64,000 bases of DNA, taken from the NCBI GenBank assembly GCA_016931965.1, contig JAFGDT010000079.1, positions 16,694 to 80,693 of the forward strand, given 5' to 3'. Positions 60,100 to 64,000 of this stretch are shown in pieces (within the stretch, counting starts at the first letter, position 1; each line of letters opens with the position of its first letter). Position numbers and translations under genes: made by a program. The DNA comes from a bacterium (lineage in GTDB: Bacteria > Zhuqueibacterota > QNDG01 > DSAB01). The notes beneath the pieces are model-generated. The model had not been told where the DNA came from and made no database searches. It saw only the letters and a program-made list of their open reading frames with translations.

Positions 60100-61283
60100 G
60101 TGAAATTATTCCAATTGGTCCCTATCATCCGCTTCAGGAAGAGCCGGAATTTTTCCGCCTTCATGTCGAAGGTGAGCGTGTTATCAAAATGGATATCGAA
60201 ATCGGTTACAACCACAGGGGTATTGAGAAGTTGGCCGAATCGAAATCATGGGATCAGGTTGTTTTTCTCGTGGAGAGAATTTGTGGTATTTGCTCAACAA
60301 GTCATCCGGCGGCTTCTATCAATGCCATGGAAGATCTTGGTGGTATCGAGGCACCTGAGAGAGCCCAGTATATTCGGACGATCGTCTGTGAACTGGAACG
60401 AATTCATTCACATCTTCTTTGGTTGGGTCTGGCAGGTCATTTCATCGGATACAATACAGTATGGATGTGGGTGTGGAAATATCGGGAAATCATCTGCGAT
60501 ATTTTGGATAAGATGACAGGAAACCGGCAAAGCTATGCCATGTTTAAAGTAGGAGGTGTTCGAAGGGACATTTTAGATGAAGATATCCCCTGGTTTCTTA
60601 AGATGCTCGATAAGTTTAAACCGGCTCTGGATCTATTCAAAGGTGCAGTGATGGATGATCCTGTTATTCATGCACGAACAAAGGGTGTCGGTGTTCTGAC
60701 AACAGAGCAGGCAAAAAAATACTGTGTTGTTGGACCCACAGCCAGACCTTCTGGTGTAGCAATTGATGTCAGAAAAGACGATCCTTATTTTGCTTACGAA
60801 TGGTTGGATTGGGATATGGTTGTCCTTCAGGAGGGAGATGTCTTTGCAAAGGTGGCTTGTCGGATTCTTGAGATGTACGAATCCATGAAAATTCTTGAAC
60901 AGTGTTTTAAAAAGATGAAGCCTGGTATAGTTGATCTGCATGTCAAGGAACTGCCACCTGGAGAGGGAATCGGCCGCGCTGAGGCACCTCGCGGAGAAGT
61001 ATATCACTATGTGCGCAGCGATGGTTCCAATTTCCCTGTCCGTTACAAGGTACGCGCACCGAGCTATATGAATATATTTTCCAATGAGGTGGCTGTTTTG
61101 GGCGAGCAAGTCGCTGATGCAGCCCTGATATTGGCAGCCGTGGATCCGTGTTACTGCTGTACGGAACGGATCATCGCTATAGATCACGATACAAATGAGG
61201 AAAAGAAGCTCAGCAGCAGTGATCTTCTTCGACTTTCACATGAAAAAACCATACGGGTGAAAAAAGAATTGGGTATATCATGA
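60096..61283 (+). CDS. Group 4 [NiFe] hydrogenase large subunit
   Basis: L1 ERICGIC, L2 DPCYCCTER, GPYHP and EAPRGE; C-terminal extension of about 37 aa. Confidence 0.93.
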   Translation: MSEIIPIGPYHPLQEEPEFFRLHVEGERVIKMDIEIGYNHRGIEKLAESKSWDQVVFLVERICGICSTSHPAASINAMEDLGGIEAPERAQYIRTIVCELERIHSHLLWLGLAGHFIGYNTVWMWVWKYREIICDILDKMTGNRQSYAMFKVGGVRRDILDEDIPWFLKMLDKFKPALDLFKGAVMDDPVIHARTKGVGVLTTEQAKKYCVVGPTARPSGVAIDVRKDDPYFAYEWLDWDMVVLQEGDVFAKVACRILEMYESMKILEQCFKKMKPGIVDLHVKELPPGEGIGRAEAPRGEVYHYVRSDGSNFPVRYKVRAPSYMNIFSNEVAVLGEQVADAALILAAVDPCYCCTERIIAIDHDTNEEKKLSSSDLLRLSHEKTIRVKKELGIS

Positions 61284-63091
61284 ATCCGCTCCTTTATCCC
61301 ATTGCTGTACCGATTCTGTTGGGTTTGATCTGTTTGATCATCCCGCGTAGAGCGAAATTTGTTCATGAGATCATCGCTTTGATCGGGTCGGCAATGACTT
61401 TCGGATTGCTGATTTGGATTTTTACATTAAAACCCTTTGAATTTTTAATGGACGGTTCGATTATACTACGCGTCGATCAATTGAGTGGATTTATTCTTTT
61501 AGCTTCCGGTCTTTTTGGTTTCTTAATCACCCTTTATTCATTCAAATTCATGAAAGAAGCCAACCGATCCACTGTTTATTATGGCTCTATATTGTGGACA
61601 TTGGGAGCGGCGTGTGGCGCTCTGATGGCCAATCATCTTGTTGTATTGCTGGTTTTCTGGGGATTTTTGGGGATCACTCTTTATCTTCTCATACTTACAG
61701 GGGGTAACTTAGCCGCAGATGCTGCCAAAAAAACATTGATTATTATCGGAGGCAGTGATGCACTGATGCTACTGAGTATTGCATTTATCTATTCGGTCAC
61801 TTCTTCATTTGATATCAGCACCATGCAACTTTCGGCCGGTAATCCCTTAATCATCTTGGCATTTATCCTTCTGGCTGTGGGGGCGTTCGCCAAAGCGGGT
61901 GCCATGCCTATGCATACCTGGATTCCTGATGTAGCTGAAACGGCTCCTATTCCTGTTACGGCCTATTTGCCTGCCGCTTTGGATAAGCTATTGGGTATCT
62001 ATTTGTTGGGTAGGATGTGTCTCTATATGTTTGAAATGTCAAGATTGATGAATCTTTTTTTAATGATCGTAGGGTCTGTGACCATCATAGCAGCTGTGAT
62101 GATGGCACTGATTCAACATGATATGAGACGTTTGTTGGCCTATCATGCTGTTTCTCAAGTTGGTTATATGATATTGGGTATGGGAACGGGGAGTCCCGTC
62201 GGTATTGCTGGCGGTATTTTCCATATGCTGAATCATTCTATCTATAAATCCTGTCTCTTTCTGTCCGGTGGCAGTGTTCAGCATCGAACGGGAACGACCG
62301 ATTTGGATCGGTTGGGCGGGCTTGGAAGAATGATGCCGATTACGTTCTCCTCGTTTCTTATTGCAGCTTTTGCCATTTCTGGAATTCCACCCTTCAATGG
62401 ATTTGTCTCAAAATGGATGATTTATCAGGGATTGGTTGAATTGGGACAGGTTGGTGACAAGCTTTGGATAATCTGGCTTGTGGCTGCCATGTTTGGCAGT
62501 GGATTGACTTTAGCCAGTTTTATGAAACTGACACATTCTGTTTTTCTCGGTGTTCCTTCGCAATCGGTCGAGTCAAAAAAGATTAAAGAGGTCGGCATTG
62601 GGATGACTGTTCCGATGGTTGTCCTGGCCCTGCTCTGTGTGATATTCGGTATTTTCGCTTATTCTGTACCTTTAAAGAACTTCATTTTACCAGCAGTAGG
62701 GAATGTATCCTATTTGGGTATCTGGGATCCTGGTCTCGCCACGGTTATGATTCTTGTTGGATTGGTTGTTGGACTTTTCATTTATTACTTGATGGGAAAT
62801 GTCAAGATAGGTCGCGAAGCGAATAGTTTTATCGGCGGTGAACATTTGCCTACAGAAACCCGTGTAACAGGAACCGGTTTTTACAATACGATTCGTGAAT
62901 TTGGTTTGTTTCGATATTTGTACCGCTGGGCTGAGGCGAAATGGTTTGATATCTATGATCAATTGTATCAGTTGGCTATGAATGTGGGAAGATTTTTTGG
63001 TAAAGCACATGTTGGAATATTTACTGTCTATATGGTTTGGGTCTTGGTGGGTTTAACCTTATTATTTGTTTTTTTGATGGGGAGGTGGTAG
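61280..63091 (+). CDS. Ion-translocating antiporter-like subunit (NuoL/MrpD/MbhH family)
   Basis: Many TM segments; KAGAMPMHTWIPD, LLAYHAVSQVGY, HMLNHSIYK and GIPPFNGFVSKW. Confidence 0.92.
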   Translation: MNPLLYPIAVPILLGLICLIIPRRAKFVHEIIALIGSAMTFGLLIWIFTLKPFEFLMDGSIILRVDQLSGFILLASGLFGFLITLYSFKFMKEANRSTVYYGSILWTLGAACGALMANHLVVLLVFWGFLGITLYLLILTGGNLAADAAKKTLIIIGGSDALMLLSIAFIYSVTSSFDISTMQLSAGNPLIILAFILLAVGAFAKAGAMPMHTWIPDVAETAPIPVTAYLPAALDKLLGIYLLGRMCLYMFEMSRLMNLFLMIVGSVTIIAAVMMALIQHDMRRLLAYHAVSQVGYMILGMGTGSPVGIAGGIFHMLNHSIYKSCLFLSGGSVQHRTGTTDLDRLGGLGRMMPITFSSFLIAAFAISGIPPFNGFVSKWMIYQGLVELGQVGDKLWIIWLVAAMFGSGLTLASFMKLTHSVFLGVPSQSVESKKIKEVGIGMTVPMVVLALLCVIFGIFAYSVPLKNFILPAVGNVSYLGIWDPGLATVMILVGLVVGLFIYYLMGNVKIGREANSFIGGEHLPTETRVTGTGFYNTIREFGLFRYLYRWAEAKWFDIYDQLYQLAMNVGRFFGKAHVGIFTVYMVWVLVGLTLLFVFLMGRW

Positions 63092-63094
63092 TCG

Positions 63095-63631
63095 ATGTTG
63101 ACGTCCCTCATCCTTCTTCTTGTTTTAATGATTCTCGGAGCCATTGTCGCTCTGGAAAGCAAAGATTTGTTATCAGGGATTATATCACTGGGCATTATCG
63201 GATTTGCACTGACCGTTATTTTTATCGTTTTACAGGCTCCCGATTTGGCTATTGTTCAGATCATTGTTGAGACGTTAACGCTTGTGATTCTCATTGCGGC
63301 TGTTTTAAAAACAACACGGAAAGATACTTCTGAAAAAACAGATACGGTTAAGATTATATTATGGATAACCGGACTGGTTTGTGTCATTGTTTTTATGTTG
63401 GCTGCTGTCAAAGCATTACAGTATTTGCCCGAATTTGGTTCGGCTGAGTCACTTAGAATGGCCAAGGTCTATATTGATCAAGGACTGGCGCTTACAGGAG
63501 CGAGTAATCTCGTCGCTGCAGTCATCCTGGATTTTCGTGGTTATGATACATTGGGTGAAGCAACCGTTCTTTTTACTTCTGTTGTGGGTATTATAGCCGT
63601 TCTTCGTACGGTGGGGAGGAAGCAATCATGA
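63095..63631 (+). CDS. MbhD/MbhE-like fused subunit (DUF4040 plus MrpA C-terminal-like)
   Basis: QAPDLAIVQ and NLVAAVILDFRGYDTLGE. Confidence 0.88.
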   Translation: MLTSLILLLVLMILGAIVALESKDLLSGIISLGIIGFALTVIFIVLQAPDLAIVQIIVETLTLVILIAAVLKTTRKDTSEKTDTVKIILWITGLVCVIVFMLAAVKALQYLPEFGSAESLRMAKVYIDQGLALTGASNLVAAVILDFRGYDTLGEATVLFTSVVGIIAVLRTVGRKQS

Positions 63632-64000
63632 AAGGTATGACGCTGATTGTGAAACAGATATCGCAACTGATGGTTCCCTCCATATTCCTGTTGGGCATCT
63701 ATGTCATTCTGCACGGCCATCTAACACCCGGAGGAGGGTTTGCGGGAGGTATTTTGATTGCCGGGTGTTTTGTGTTGCTTGTACTTGCCTATGGGTCTGA
63801 TGAAGTGAAAAGTGAAGTGAGAAAATGGCGGGCTTCCTTCTCTGAAAGTCTCGGTATCTTTATGTTTTGGTTTTTGGCTGTTTTGGGATTGGTGCAGGGC
63901 TCTTACTTTTTTTATAATATTATAGCAAAAATCAATCCAGGACATCCCGGTCAACTTTTTAGTGCGGGTATTATTCCTTTGTGTAATATGGCTATTGGGA
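63628..64000 (+). CDS. MnhB/MrpB/MbhF-like subunit (runs off the window end)
   Basis: Translates MKGMTLIVK...ILHGHLTPGGGFAGG; absent from the ORF track because no stop codon falls in the window. Confidence 0.88.
   Translation, partial: MKGMTLIVKQISQLMVPSIFLLGIYVILHGHLTPGGGFAGGILIAGCFVLLVLAYGSDEVKSEVRKWRASFSESLGIFMFWFLAVLGLVQGSYFFYNIIAKINPGHPGQLFSAGIIPLCNMAIG

Noticed and set aside
53847-61283. Selenocysteine-containing [NiFeSe] hydrogenase
   Set aside because: Both L2 motifs encode Cys; there is no in-frame TGA.
58297-63091. Respiratory complex I or Ni-free Ehr/Mbx complex
   Set aside because: The large subunit retains both CxxC Ni-binding motifs.
532-63954. Numerous short antisense or alternate-frame ORFs in the track (e.g. 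47734-48336, 60633-61187, 45998-46537)
   Set aside because: They overlap well-supported genes and lack recognisable motifs.
1-64000. CRISPR array, IS element, integrase or prophage
   Set aside because: No spaced direct repeats, transposase, integrase or phage genes were seen; tRNA-Leu is followed directly by tig.

Overview
This is a gene-dense chromosomal window from an anaerobic diderm bacterium. The gene content suggests an FCB-group or KSB1/Calditrichota-like lineage, but that is inference only. In order: (1) parA (5'-truncated), parB, M23 peptidase, bactofilin; (2) a nine-gene V/A-type ATPase operon whose c/K subunit keeps the Na+-binding signature; (3) a seven-gene cluster resembling the core Agl-Glt machinery of Myxococcus (two large TPR proteins, a GltF-like protein, ExbB/AglR, two ExbD/AglQS, and an AgmX/PglI-type TonB-like protein); (4) aspS; (5) a coiled-coil lipoprotein and a LysM protein; (6) phoH, a 7TM-HD hydrolase, ybeY, a corC-like gene, ktrB and ktrA; (7) tRNA-Leu(TAG), tig, clpP, clpX; (8) a two-gene CoA-activase/DUF2229 module and a decayed MBL-fold pseudogene; (9) a minus-strand signalling island containing a Cache histidine kinase, a sigma54 activator, a tandem kinase/pseudokinase-like protein, and a predicted sigma54 operon of dual receiver, hybrid kinase, ackA and a receiver with a Cys-rich tail; (10) rex with a group 3b [NiFe] hydrogenase and maturation protease; (11) a membrane-bound group 4 [NiFe] hydrogenase/Mrp-type operon with its own AsrAB-like NAD(P)H module, running off the window end. 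The best candidates for an under-described system are the Agl-Glt-like envelope motor and the kinase/sigma54/ackA phosphorelay island. No CRISPR array, rRNA or mobile element was seen. All family assignments are by motif recognition, not database search.
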